Source of the DNA: Gemmatimonadales bacterium
Lineage (GTDB): Bacteria; Gemmatimonadota; Gemmatimonadetes; Gemmatimonadales; GWC2-71-9
Direction: 5' to 3'
DNA length: 33,325 nt
NCBI GenBank assembly: GCA_039794085.1
Contig: JBDIWC010000043.1
Location: 1 to 33,325, forward strand
Every line of letters begins with the position of its first letter. The first letter of the stretch is position 1. The notes under the pieces were generated by a model. It worked only from the letters and a program-made list of their open reading frames with translations, was not told the DNA's origin and did not search any database. Both the position numbers and the translations under genes were made by a program. Of this stretch, positions 7,418-16,592 are shown one piece after another.

Positions 7418-10135
7418 TTACACCGGGGGGAGGTTCGGGTCCCCGAGCAGGATGAACGGCGCCCAGTATGCCGGGTGGCTGGTGGCCGTGTCTGCTTCGA
7501 TCCAGTGCTTGCGCACCAATCGAAGCGCCTCGGCCGGAGTCCGGCCGCTGTCCAGTTTTCCGTAGAGATCGGTCATGAAACGAAGCGTTGACCGGTCGGT
7601 CACCGGCCAGAGCGTGACGAGGGTGCTCCGGGCCCCCGCCGCCAGAAACGCGTGAGACAGGCCGACCATGCCCTCACCGCGCACCTGCCGTCCCAGTGCG
7701 GTCTCACAGGCGGACAACGTCACCAGTTCGGCCCGGAGATCGAGACGCCGGATCGCGGGAAGGTCCAGCACGCCGTCGGCCAGGACGAGGTGGCTCCGGT
7801 CCGGCTCGCGGTCGTCCACCCGCGCGTGGGTCGCGAAGTGCAGGTACCGGTAGCGCCCCGGCTCGAACGCCAGCCACCGGCGCACGGTCGCTGCTCGCCC
7901 GATCAGCAGGTCTGCCCCCGTGCTGCGGTACCGGTGACGGAGGGTATTCGCCTCCTCCTCGGCGTACGGGAGATCGATCTCGTTTCGCCGGTCCGGTGAC
8001 CGTTCCGCAGACCCGGTGGCCGGGGGGCGGGGGGCGGTCGTTCCGCGTGGATTGCCCACGGCCAGCATGGTCCGCTCCCATCGATCCAGCGGTTTGGCCC
8101 GGGCCAGGGCGGTGAGTACCGAGGCCGAAGGCCCGTAGATGATGCGGTGGGTCGCACCCAGGGGGGGGGCGTCGGGAGACGGGAGCAGGACCTCGAGGGG
8201 AAGCCGGGCGAGTGGTCCGTCCATGATGGCCATCACGAGGGAGGCGCCCGCCGGAGCCAAGGGCGACAGGATCTGCTGGTAGACTCGCGTGGCCGCCGGG
8301 CGCCACGCTGCATCCCCGGGGCGCTCGATGGTCCGTCCCAGGAACTCGACGGCCGCTCGGAGCGAGTCCGCCTGGCCCAACCGTTGGGCACGGATCTCGC
8401 GGCCCGTGACCCACCAGGCGTACACCACACTATCTCCCCAAAACACCGAGAAGAGGGCCGCCTCGGGGCGATGGAGCAGCGTGGTGCGGATCTCGGCGAG
8501 CGCCGCGGGAGACGGATGCCGCATCGCGGCGCGCGGATCGTCCCCGCCAGTGACCGACTCCAGCAACTCCAGGGAGTCCCGGAGCGCTTGCAGCTCGGCT
8601 CCGACGATGCGCGTCTGGGACGAGTCCCCGCCCGCGGCGGCCTCCTCGAATCGTGCTCTGAGCCGCTGCTTGAGCTCGGCCGCCGGGGTGGCCTCGCGCG
8701 CGACGTCACGCTCCGCGATCACTTCGAGCAGCATCCGGGCGCGGGCACGTTCGGCGACCGCGAACGCGGCGGCGACCCGCCCCCGGTGGAGGAGGGTGCG
8801 AATCGCGCCCTCGTACACGTGCCACTTTGGTTCGGCGATGCCGAGCCTGAGGTCACCCATCGACAGGCGACCCCGCCACGATTCCAGCAGATCGATGCCC
8901 TCCAGGAAGAATCGCGAGGCGTCCGCCCGGCCCTCCAGTTCGGCCACGCTCCCCCGCAGGGCCAGCACCTCGAGTTCCGCGTCGGGCGCGCCGAGCGAGT
9001 CGGCCACCGTCTCCGCCACCCTCACGAGCCGCCGGGCCGCGATCAGGTCTCTCCGCCCCACCGCGAGCCGGACCTGCGCCGCGAGAATCCGAAACCGCTC
9101 AAACGCAAAGCCACCGCGCACCGCCAGTGGGAGCGCACGATCAAGTGTCGCCACCGCGGAATCGGGGTTCCCCTCCGCCATCGCAATCAACCCGAGGTCG
9201 ATCAGCGCGATGACCCGGTAGATAGCCGGGGCCGGGCCGCTCAGCGGCAGCGACCGCTCGACCTGCTCCCGCGCTGCGGTCAGGTTGTTGGCCTTGAGGA
9301 AGTACTCCGCCAGCGAGTTGTGGGCATACACCATCGACGCCGAGTCACCCAGGGCACGCGCCGAGGCGAGCGACTGAGTCATCAGGTCCACCGCCTGGTC
9401 GAGCCGGCCGGTGTAGGAGCGAAGCGCCGCCAGGTTGCTGATCAGGTATCCGCCGGTGGAGGTGTCGGAGACCTGGCGGGTGATGGCCAAGCCCTCCTCG
9501 TACGCCGCGGCGGCCTCGGTGAGCCGCCCCACCGCCGCATACTCCACGCCCATGCTGTTGAGCACCCCCGCCAGCTGGTGCGGCGACCGCCCATAGCGAC
9601 GCTCCAGCGCAAGCGCACGTTCGGTTTCCTGCACCGACCGCCGGAAAAGCCCCCGCCGGGAGTAGATGGTGCCCAGCTGGGTGTGGACCCGGGCTCTGAG
9701 TTCGCCCTCATCGAGCCGCTCGGCCAGGCCCAGTGCCCGTTCGCAGTCCTCGATGGCCTGCGCGGAGCGCCCGAGACGTGACGACAGACCGCAGCGCATC
9801 AGATAGGTCCAGGCGAGACGCGAGGAGTCCGAACCGGCCAGGAGAAAGGCGTCGCGGAGAGCCGCTTCGCTGCTGTCGGTGCGGGCCAGGCGCATCAGGG
9901 TCTCGGCCCACCAGAGCTGCGCCCGCCACCACCCGGCGGAGTCCCGCGCCAGGGCGAAGGAATCGCGCAGGCGGCGATATTCGGGATGCGCTTGGCGAAA
10001 CCGTCGTTCGTCCCGGAGGCTGTCGGCGACGAAGAAGGGGGAACTGTGATTCCCTTCATCAACACCCGCGCCGGTACCGAAGCACCCCACTGCGGTGGCG
10101 AGCGCCAGCAGAGGGAACAGGTTGCGGCGCATCAC
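7418..10135 (-). CDS. TPR-CHAT domain (caspase-like, clan CD) protease with lipoprotein-type signal peptide
   Basis: TPR-like helices (GVLNSMGVEY, YLISNLAAL, YAHNSLAEY). AERARARMLLE motif. Catalytic His (YLHFATHA) and Cys (LVTLSACETALG). C-terminal HPAYWAPF. N-terminus MRRNLFPLLALATAVG-C. Confidence 0.93.
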   Translation of the reverse strand: MMRRNLFPLLALATAVGCFGTGAGVDEGNHSSPFFVADSLRDERRFRQAHPEYRRLRDSFALARDSAGWWRAQLWWAETLMRLARTDSSEAALRDAFLLAGSDSSRLAWTYLMRCGLSSRLGRSAQAIEDCERALGLAERLDEGELRARVHTQLGTIYSRRGLFRRSVQETERALALERRYGRSPHQLAGVLNSMGVEYAAVGRLTEAAAAYEEGLAITRQVSDTSTGGYLISNLAALRSYTGRLDQAVDLMTQSLASARALGDSASMVYAHNSLAEYFLKANNLTAAREQVERSLPLSGPAPAIYRVIALIDLGLIAMAEGNPDSAVATLDRALPLAVRGGFAFERFRILAAQVRLAVGRRDLIAARRLVRVAETVADSLGAPDAELEVLALRGSVAELEGRADASRFFLEGIDLLESWRGRLSMGDLRLGIAEPKWHVYEGAIRTLLHRGRVAAAFAVAERARARMLLEVIAERDVAREATPAAELKQRLRARFEEAAAGGDSSQTRIVGAELQALRDSLELLESVTGGDDPRAAMRHPSPAALAEIRTTLLHRPEAALFSVFWGDSVVYAWWVTGREIRAQRLGQADSLRAAVEFLGRTIERPGDAAWRPAATRVYQQILSPLAPAGASLVMAIMDGPLARLPLEVLLPSPDAPPLGATHRIIYGPSASVLTALARAKPLDRWERTMLAVGNPRGTTAPRPPATGSAERSPDRRNEIDLPYAEEEANTLRHRYRSTGADLLIGRAATVRRWLAFEPGRYRYLHFATHARVDDREPDRSHLVLADGVLDLPAIRRLDLRAELVTLSACETALGRQVRGEGMVGLSHAFLAAGARSTLVTLWPVTDRSTLRFMTDLYGKLDSGRTPAEALRLVRKHWIEADTATSHPAYWAPFILLGDPNLPPV

Positions 10136-10136
10136 G

Positions 10137-10745
10137 TCAGGGCGGATCGCCCGGGGCGAAGAGACGGAGAAGGGGGGAACGAATCACCGGCCGTTGCATC
10201 AGGTCGAAGCCTTCCACGTCCAGGTAAACCGATGTGTGCCGGTCGGTGGGAGAGAGCGACGTGGCGGAGATGTCGAGGCTCGTGTCGGCCACCTCTCGCG
10301 CCAATAGCAGGCGTCCGTCCGCTGCAAAAAGCCGCACGCGATACACGGCTACCGTGGAGTCGGCCGGCCAGGCCATGTGCCACGCGCCGATTGACACTTC
10401 GATCCGGACAGCGAGGCTGTCCCCGGTCCCCCGGACCGCATCCGGCGCGGCGGTATCGCGCGGCGTCAGCGCCCGCCAAGTTCCCAGCGCGACGATGGCC
10501 AACCCCGCGGCGATGGCCAGCGGCTTCCACGATGCGCGCGCACGGCGCGCCGGGATGGCCTCACCGCCGCGCTGCGCCGCGCGCACACCGGCCCCACCCT
10601 TGACGAGCTCCCAGCATCGGTCGCAGCCGAAGTAGTGCTCTTCGAAGGCGTTCGCCTCGGCTTCGGAAAGCCGACCCTCCAGGTAGCGACGGTCGATCTC
10701 GCTCCGGTCCACCCACTCGCAGGTCATCGGTTGCTCAGCCATCAT
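10137..10745 (-). CDS. Putative membrane-anchored anti-sigma factor (zf-HC2-like)
   Basis: RYLEGRLSEAEANAFEEHYFGCDRC (HxxxCxxC). One TM segment (PLAIAAGLAIVALGTW) followed by an extracytoplasmic beta domain. Directly downstream of the ECF sigma; start revised to ATG 10745/10742. Confidence 0.85.
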   Translation of the reverse strand: MMAEQPMTCEWVDRSEIDRRYLEGRLSEAEANAFEEHYFGCDRCWELVKGGAGVRAAQRGGEAIPARRARASWKPLAIAAGLAIVALGTWRALTPRDTAAPDAVRGTGDSLAVRIEVSIGAWHMAWPADSTVAVYRVRLFAADGRLLLAREVADTSLDISATSLSPTDRHTSVYLDVEGFDLMQRPVIRSPLLRLFAPGDPP

Positions 10746-10774
10746 GGAAGAGTTCCCGGAGAGGTCGTCGCGTT

Positions 10775-11305
10775 TCACAATCGCCACCCACCGAGCAACT
10801 GGGAGAGGCGTTCCAGGGCCCGGTGCTTCCGCACCCGGAGCGCGCCAGGGGTCACTCCAAGGCGAAGCGCGGTCACGGCACAATCTTCATCATCGAAGTA
10901 AAGGCAGCGAAGCAGATCCCGGTCATCGGGCTTGAGTTTCGCAAGCGCCTGACGCACCACGGCCCGAGCTTCCTCGCTCACCAGGCCATCGAGCGGACCC
11001 GGGCCGGCACCTCCGGCGTCCATCCCCTTGAGCTGCGTGAGCGCCCGCTCCTCGCGTTCCCGGGATCGATAGTGGTGCAGACAGAGGTGGGTCGCCGTCT
11101 GGAAGACGAAGCCCGCCAGCGCGTCGAGGTTCTCGACACGTCCCTGGCGCAGAGCCTCGGTCACCCGGCGGAGCACTTCCTGGGCCAAGTCCTCGGCCAA
11201 GAACGGGTCGCCAAGTCGGCGGGTTCCAAAGACGCGAAGACGCTCCCAGAACCGTTCGGCGAGGTCCCGTTCGAGTGTCTCAAGTATCAGCTGCGGGTCG
11301 GCCAT
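10775..11305 (-). CDS. ECF-family RNA polymerase sigma factor
   Basis: Region 2 (AEDLAQEVL...GFVFQTATHL) and region 4 (ALAKLKPDDRDLL...LGVTPGALRVRKHRALERL). Start at ATG 11305 (MADPQ). Confidence 0.92.
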   Translation of the reverse strand: MADPQLILETLERDLAERFWERLRVFGTRRLGDPFLAEDLAQEVLRRVTEALRQGRVENLDALAGFVFQTATHLCLHHYRSREREERALTQLKGMDAGGAGPGPLDGLVSEEARAVVRQALAKLKPDDRDLLRCLYFDDEDCAVTALRLGVTPGALRVRKHRALERLSQLLGGWRL

Positions 11306-11366
11306 GGGCAACCCTATGGAGGTGCGCCAGAATCTCGCTTCCGGGGGGCCAGGCCGCAAGGCGTGC

Positions 11367-11906
11367 TCAGAGGATGGCGACCAGCTCCTCCACCCCAACA
11401 CAGAACGGCTGCGCCGCCCCCTCGGGATGCCACACCAGACGCGTGAGTTCGGTGGCCGGAAAGTGGACTCCCGGGGTCCAGACCTCCACCTGACCATGGT
11501 CGGGATCGACCACCCAGTACACCTTGACGCCCACGCTCTGATACAGTTTGCGCTTGAGGACCCGGTCGGCGCGGATACTGGAAGGGCTGAGAACCTCCAC
11601 CGCGAGGAGGAGGGTCTGGATCCGGTCCCACTCGTTGGTGCGGGTCTCCTCCAGGGGAGCCACGAAGAGATCGGGTTGCACCAGAACATCGGGCCGCCAG
11701 GAGATGTCGGAGGGCGAGGTAAACAATTCTCCCACCCGCTCTCGATTCAGATAGGTGCCCAATGCGACGGCAAGGTTGCTCACCACCCTCTGATGAACAA
11801 CCCGGGGGGCCGGACTCACCAGGAGTTCCCCGAAAACAGTTTCGTAACGCCGCCCGTCGTCCGGGAGGGCGCGCACCATACTGGCGGTGTAGAACGGGGC
11901 AGGCAT
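11367..11906 (-). CDS. Uma2/DUF820 family PD-(D/E)xK endonuclease-like protein
   Basis: LPDDGRRYE..GELLVSPAP..HQ, VQPDL, LAVEVLSPSS...DR..KR.LY...GV..YWVVDP. Start at ATG 11906. Confidence 0.92.
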   Translation of the reverse strand: MPAPFYTASMVRALPDDGRRYETVFGELLVSPAPRVVHQRVVSNLAVALGTYLNRERVGELFTSPSDISWRPDVLVQPDLFVAPLEETRTNEWDRIQTLLLAVEVLSPSSIRADRVLKRKLYQSVGVKVYWVVDPDHGQVEVWTPGVHFPATELTRLVWHPEGAAQPFCVGVEELVAIL

Positions 11907-12004
11907 GTACACAAGCTCGGCTCGGCGACAGGGGTTTGGCAAGTCCCCGACAGGATAGCAACCCGGCTGCCGGTTTCCCGTACCCTTTGTTCGCAGGCGG
12001 CGGC

Positions 12005-12122
12005 CCCGGAACGCCGGACTCCAGCCCGGCGCGCACCTGATGTTCCCTGGGACCGCCGGGCTCCAGCCCGGCGGCCACCTGAAGTTCGACGCACGCCACG
12101 CTCCAGCGTGGCGCTCCCAGGG
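12005..12122. repeat. REPIN-like element (one full plus one partial copy)
   Basis: GCCGGACTCCAGCCCGGC, GCCGGGCTCCAGCCCGGC and GCCACGCTCCAGCGTGGC palindromes; homologous to 3220-3296. Confidence 0.75.
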
Positions 12123-12167
12123 AACCACGTGCATCTTCCGAAGCACTATCCCACATCAGGAGCATGC

Positions 12168-13958
12168 ATGTCCCTCCCAACCCGCCCTCCCATGGCCGCG
12201 TGGATTTGCGCCCTCCTCCTCGGCACCGGATGCGGCACTCCCGCTCCCGAGGCCGACCTGATCCTGCTCAACGGCCGGGTCTGGACCGGCGACTCCGCCG
12301 CACCGTGGGCCGAGGCGCTCGCGGTACGCGACGGCCAACTGCTGAGCGTCGGCACAACGGCGGAGGTGAGACGGCATCGTACGGCCAACACCCGCGTGAT
12401 CGACGCAGCGGGACGTCTCGTCACCCCGGGCTTCATCGACAACCACACCCATTTCATCCAGGCCGGCGCGCTCCTTCTCGGCGCCCGCCTGCTCGACGTC
12501 TCCACTCCCGACTCCCTGGTGGCCCGCATCCGTGCGGCGCGCGACCGACTCCCCGAGGGGAGCTGGATCACGGGGGGCGACTGGGGCGCCTACGAGGACT
12601 GGCAGGCGGGGAGCACCGGGACGGAGACTACGGTGGCGGTGCCTGTCACCCGGTTCAGCCCCGATCGGAGTCTCATCGACTCACTCACTCCCGCCACACC
12701 GGTTCTGGTGCAGCGCTGGGACCGAAGCGCCTGGCTCGCCAACGGTGCCGCCCTTGTCGCCGCTGGTCTCGAATCCTGTGCCCCGCGCGTGGCGGGCCTC
12801 GAGTGTGTGGATGGCGTGCCAACCGGACGGGTTGGCGGGGAGGCGCTCCGGCGGCTCCGCGCCGCGATCCCGGACAAGTCGTTTGAGCAGCGGCTCCGGG
12901 AGGCGCGGACGGCCCTGGCGCATCTCAACGAGCTGGGTGTCACCAGCATCCACGACATCACGCCGCCGGCACAGTTCCCCGTCTACCACACTCTCAAGCA
13001 ACGGGGGGAGCTGACCGTGCGCGTGTACGCGCGACCCACCCTCGACAAGTGGGACGAGCTCGCCACGGTCGGCCTTCCCCACGGGTTCGGCGACGAGTGG
13101 CTTCGCCTCGGCGGACTCAAGGGATTCGTGGACGGGATCCAGGGCAACTCCACCGCACGATTCTATGAGCCCCAGCTCCATTCCGGCGAGCGCGGCTCCT
13201 GGCGGGACTCCACCAACACCGGGGCCACCTCGGGTCCGGGATCAGGCATGGAGCCCCGCGGGAACATGGAGCGCAACCTCCTCGGCGCTGACCGCGCGGG
13301 GTACTGGCCCCAGGTGCACGCCATCGGCGACCAGGCGATCGACACCCTTCTCTCCCTCTACGAGAAGGTGATGCGGGACAATCCGACCCGAGAGCGCCGG
13401 TTCCGCATCATTCACTCCCAAGTGCTGCGGGGAGCAGATGTTGCCCAACGTTATGCCCGGGCCGGCATCGTCGCCGAGGTGCAGCCCTATCATGCTATTG
13501 ACGACATGCGATGGATGGAGGAGCGAATCGGGGAGAGGGCGCGGTGGGCTTACGCCTTCCGGACCCTCGAAGCGGCCGGTGTGATGCTCACCTTCGGCTC
13601 CGACTGGCCCGGCACCAACGCCTCCTGGTACACCGCCGATCCGATGAAGGGGATCTATGCCGCGGTCACCCGCCGCACTCTCGAGGAGACTCCCCATGGA
13701 GGGTGGTTCCCCGAGGAGAGGGTGAGTCTGGAGACGGCCTTGCGGGCCTACACCGTCCACAACGCGTGGGCGGCCGGCGAAGAGCGCCTGAAGGGGTCGC
13801 TCACCGCAGGCAAGGTGGCCGATTTCGTGATCCTGAGTGACAATCTCTTCGAAATCGACCCGGTGACGATCAAGGACGTGCGCGCCATGCTGACTGTGGT
13901 GGGGGGCCGGGTGGTGCATGACGCAACCACCGCCTCCCCCCCCGCGGCACCCCGGTGA
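12168..13958 (+). CDS. Amidohydrolase_3 (YtcJ-like) metal-dependent amidohydrolase, probable lipoprotein
   Basis: PGFIDNHTH, KGFVDG, VHAIGD, RIIH, FGSDWP and GSLTAGKVADFVIL motifs. LLLGTG-C lipobox. AGGAG precedes ATG 12168; the ORF-track start at 11304 is an artefact. Confidence 0.92.
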   Translation: MSLPTRPPMAAWICALLLGTGCGTPAPEADLILLNGRVWTGDSAAPWAEALAVRDGQLLSVGTTAEVRRHRTANTRVIDAAGRLVTPGFIDNHTHFIQAGALLLGARLLDVSTPDSLVARIRAARDRLPEGSWITGGDWGAYEDWQAGSTGTETTVAVPVTRFSPDRSLIDSLTPATPVLVQRWDRSAWLANGAALVAAGLESCAPRVAGLECVDGVPTGRVGGEALRRLRAAIPDKSFEQRLREARTALAHLNELGVTSIHDITPPAQFPVYHTLKQRGELTVRVYARPTLDKWDELATVGLPHGFGDEWLRLGGLKGFVDGIQGNSTARFYEPQLHSGERGSWRDSTNTGATSGPGSGMEPRGNMERNLLGADRAGYWPQVHAIGDQAIDTLLSLYEKVMRDNPTRERRFRIIHSQVLRGADVAQRYARAGIVAEVQPYHAIDDMRWMEERIGERARWAYAFRTLEAAGVMLTFGSDWPGTNASWYTADPMKGIYAAVTRRTLEETPHGGWFPEERVSLETALRAYTVHNAWAAGEERLKGSLTAGKVADFVILSDNLFEIDPVTIKDVRAMLTVVGGRVVHDATTASPPAAPR

Positions 13959-15331
13959 CGCCGCCGTCCCACGGGGAGGCCTCCGCCGGACCGGGGGCCG
14001 TGACCTCGTACGCCCGGCGGATCGGGCTTTTCGGGGCGTCGATGGCGGTCATCGGCGGGATCATCGGAGGGGGAATCTTCCGCACTCCGGCCCCGGTGGC
14101 GGAGCGGCTCCACTCCACCGGAATGATCCACGGGGTCTGGGCTCTGGGCGGCCTCATCGCGCTGCTGGGCGCCTTGTGTTTCGGGGAACTCGCGGCCCGC
14201 CGTCCCCGGGCTGGAGGGGGGTATGTCTATCTGCGGGAGACCCTCGGTCCCCTTCCAGCCTTCCTCTACGGATGGACCCTGCTGCTGGTCATCGCCACCG
14301 GGGCCATTGCCGCCGTCGGCGTCACCCTTGCCGACTACCTGCGGGCCTTCGCCGGGCTCGGACCCGCGTGGACCGTGCCGCTCGCCATCGGCGCCATCGT
14401 GTTCCTCTCCGCCATCAATTACCGGGGTGTGCACCTGGGCGCCACGACCCAGAACCTTTTCACCGTGCTCAAGCTGGCCGGAATCGCGGCCCTGGTGGTG
14501 GCCGGTGCCTTTCTGGCCGGCTCGGGTACCCCGGCACTGGGGACCTCCACCGCGGCCCCATCCGACCAGGGCACCTGGGGCATAGTTCGCCTGATCGGGA
14601 TGGCGCTGGTGCCTGTGCTCTTCACGTATGGGGGGTGGCAGCAGACCAACTTCATCGCCGAGGAGGTCACCGATGCCGAGCGGACGCTGCCGAGGGCGCT
14701 GGTGATCGGAGTGGTGGGGGTCACGGTCACCTATCTCCTGGCCAATCTCACCTACCTTCGGGTCCTGGGTGTGGAGGGACTCAGCGTGAGCACCGCTCCC
14801 GCCGCCGATGTGATGACCCGGCTTTTCGGATCCCGTGGCGGCATCTTCATCTCGGCGGTCATCGCGATCTCGGCGTTCGGCTTCCTCAACCTGGTCATTC
14901 TCGCCACGCCGCGGGTGTTCCAGGCGATGGCGGCGGATGGTCTCTTCCTGCCGGCGCTGGCGCGGCTCCATCCCCGGTACCGGACGCCCGGGGCGGCGAT
15001 CCTCGTGCAGGGGGGGTGGGCCATCGTGTTGACCCTGTCGGGGACGTTCAGCCAGCTGGTGGACTATGTGACGTTTGGAGACTGGATCTTCTTCGGCCTC
15101 ACCGTGTCGGGGCTCTTCATCTATCGAGGGCGGGACGGGGTGAGAGAGGGGACTGTCCGCCACTCGGGCTTCCGGGTTCCCGGGTATCCGGTGACCCCGC
15201 TGCTCTTCATCGGGGCGTGTCTCTGGGTGGTGGCGGGGTCGGTGTCGGCCAATCCGGGGAATGCGCTGATCGGGGCGGGATTGATCGCGTTGGGGGTCCC
15301 GGTCTACCTCGCGCGACGCAAGGGCCCGTAG
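13955..15331 (+). CDS. APC family amino acid permease
   Basis: IIGGGIF, GALCFGELAAR.PRAGGGYVYL, FTYGGW and PRVFQAMAADG motifs. About 12 TM segments. GTGA overlap with the amidohydrolase. Confidence 0.93.
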   Translation: MTPPSHGEASAGPGAVTSYARRIGLFGASMAVIGGIIGGGIFRTPAPVAERLHSTGMIHGVWALGGLIALLGALCFGELAARRPRAGGGYVYLRETLGPLPAFLYGWTLLLVIATGAIAAVGVTLADYLRAFAGLGPAWTVPLAIGAIVFLSAINYRGVHLGATTQNLFTVLKLAGIAALVVAGAFLAGSGTPALGTSTAAPSDQGTWGIVRLIGMALVPVLFTYGGWQQTNFIAEEVTDAERTLPRALVIGVVGVTVTYLLANLTYLRVLGVEGLSVSTAPAADVMTRLFGSRGGIFISAVIAISAFGFLNLVILATPRVFQAMAADGLFLPALARLHPRYRTPGAAILVQGGWAIVLTLSGTFSQLVDYVTFGDWIFFGLTVSGLFIYRGRDGVREGTVRHSGFRVPGYPVTPLLFIGACLWVVAGSVSANPGNALIGAGLIALGVPVYLARRKGP

Positions 15332-15351
15332 GGGCGGCTCACTGCCGCCCT
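15328..15351 (+). repeat. GTAG-type REP
   Basis: GTAG-GGGCGGC-TCACT-GCCGCCC; relatives at 25895-25942, 27901-27926, 27989-28011 and 33086-33110. Confidence 0.7.
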
Positions 15352-15400
15352 TCGTTCAGGGCGACGGGTATCAGGTATCGAATGAGATCGTATACGTGCA

Positions 15401-15434
15401 CGTGTACCGCTCTGCTGGGTACGAGTACGGGGAG
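15401..15434 (+). repeat. 34-bp direct repeat, copy 1 (GTACGAGTACGGG family)
   Basis: 32/34 identical to 16593-16626. Confidence 0.8.
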
Positions 15435-15459
15435 TCCCTGCTTCGGCTCTCACCGGTAA

Positions 15460-16323
15460 TTATTGGGGACGCGCGTTCAGGCCGAAGTCCCGTTCCACCG
15501 CGGCGTACCAGGTGTCGTTGTCTGCGGCACCCCACTCCACCCACTCCTCGTCGTTCATGGCGGCGCGCCAGGCGAGAAACGGCTCCGCATCGGGACCCAC
15601 CGGGTGCCGAAGGGTCCAGGTGCCACTCTCGATGATCTCCCGAATCCGGTCCGCCACCACCATCGGCGAGGCGGGGTGCTTCAGCGAGGCGGTGAAGAGC
15701 CCGCCGAAGCGCCGCTCGTGGGGATAGGCCGACTCCTTGTGGCCGGTCGTCATGTCCCGAGCCATGTCGGTGTTGATGATTCCCGGTTGGACGATCACCA
15801 CCCGGACCCCGAACATCTTCGCCTCCTGGGCCAGCGCCTCGCTCACGGCCTCGAGCGCAAACTTGGAAGCAGCATACGGTCCCAGGGGTGACGAGGAAAT
15901 CCGTCCCGCCACGGAGGTCACGTTCACAATGCAGCCGCTCCGCCGGGCGCGCATCGCCGGCATCACCGCCTGAATGCAGCGGATGGCACCGAAGTAGTTG
16001 GTCTCCATGATGGCCCGGATGTCCGCGAGGGGGAGTTCCTCGAGGGACCCGTGCCGCTCGATCCCCGCATTGTTCACGAGAACATCGATCGGCCCCTGGA
16101 TTGCCGTCATGGCCGCGATCCCCTGGGCGACGGAGGTATCGGAGTCCACATCCATGGCGGAGACGTGAATCGGGAGGTTCTCAGCTCGCGCGGTGTCCTC
16201 CAGCTCAGGGGACGCCGCCGGATTGCGCATGGTAGCGTGGACGGTGTGCCCCGCCCGGCCCAGGGTCAGTGCGGTGGCGAGACCGATGCCTCGGCTCGTG
16301 CCGGTGACCAGAATGGTGGCCAT
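15460..16323 (-). CDS. Short-chain dehydrogenase/reductase (SDR)
   Basis: TGTSRGIG, DVLVNNAG, VNVTS and YAASK motifs. Confidence 0.95.
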   Translation of the reverse strand: MATILVTGTSRGIGLATALTLGRAGHTVHATMRNPAASPELEDTARAENLPIHVSAMDVDSDTSVAQGIAAMTAIQGPIDVLVNNAGIERHGSLEELPLADIRAIMETNYFGAIRCIQAVMPAMRARRSGCIVNVTSVAGRISSSPLGPYAASKFALEAVSEALAQEAKMFGVRVVIVQPGIINTDMARDMTTGHKESAYPHERRFGGLFTASLKHPASPMVVADRIREIIESGTWTLRHPVGPDAEPFLAWRAAMNDEEWVEWGAADNDTWYAAVERDFGLNARPQ

Positions 16324-16592
16324 AAGGGTTTCCTCGGTGGGAGCGGCGTGCCTTCGACAGTGTCGTGAAGGCGAATGTACCCCAGCCGACAGCGCAATGT
16401 AAGAGGGCAGTTTTCAGTGGCAGCTCATTGCCGCCCTTGTTCATGGTGCTGGGCAACCAGCGTCACAGGGGTCGTCATTCCCGGCGAACGCTGGAATCCA
16501 GAGTCCCCAATTCTCCCGTTCGCAGGGTCCGTACTCGTACCCGAGTCAATTCATTCCTCGACTCATTGACTCAAGAGCATCGTGTACGGGTG

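Noticed and set aside
11367..11906. Uma2 nuclease as the effector of the CHAT cassette
   Set aside because: Uma2/DUF820 genes are often scattered in many copies next to repeats; adjacency alone is insufficient, so it is not counted as a core component.
11304..12167. Apparent 288-aa N-terminal extension of the amidohydrolase
   Set aside because: It overlaps the Uma2 gene and REP elements on the other strand; a good RBS, ATG and lipoprotein signal begin at 12168.
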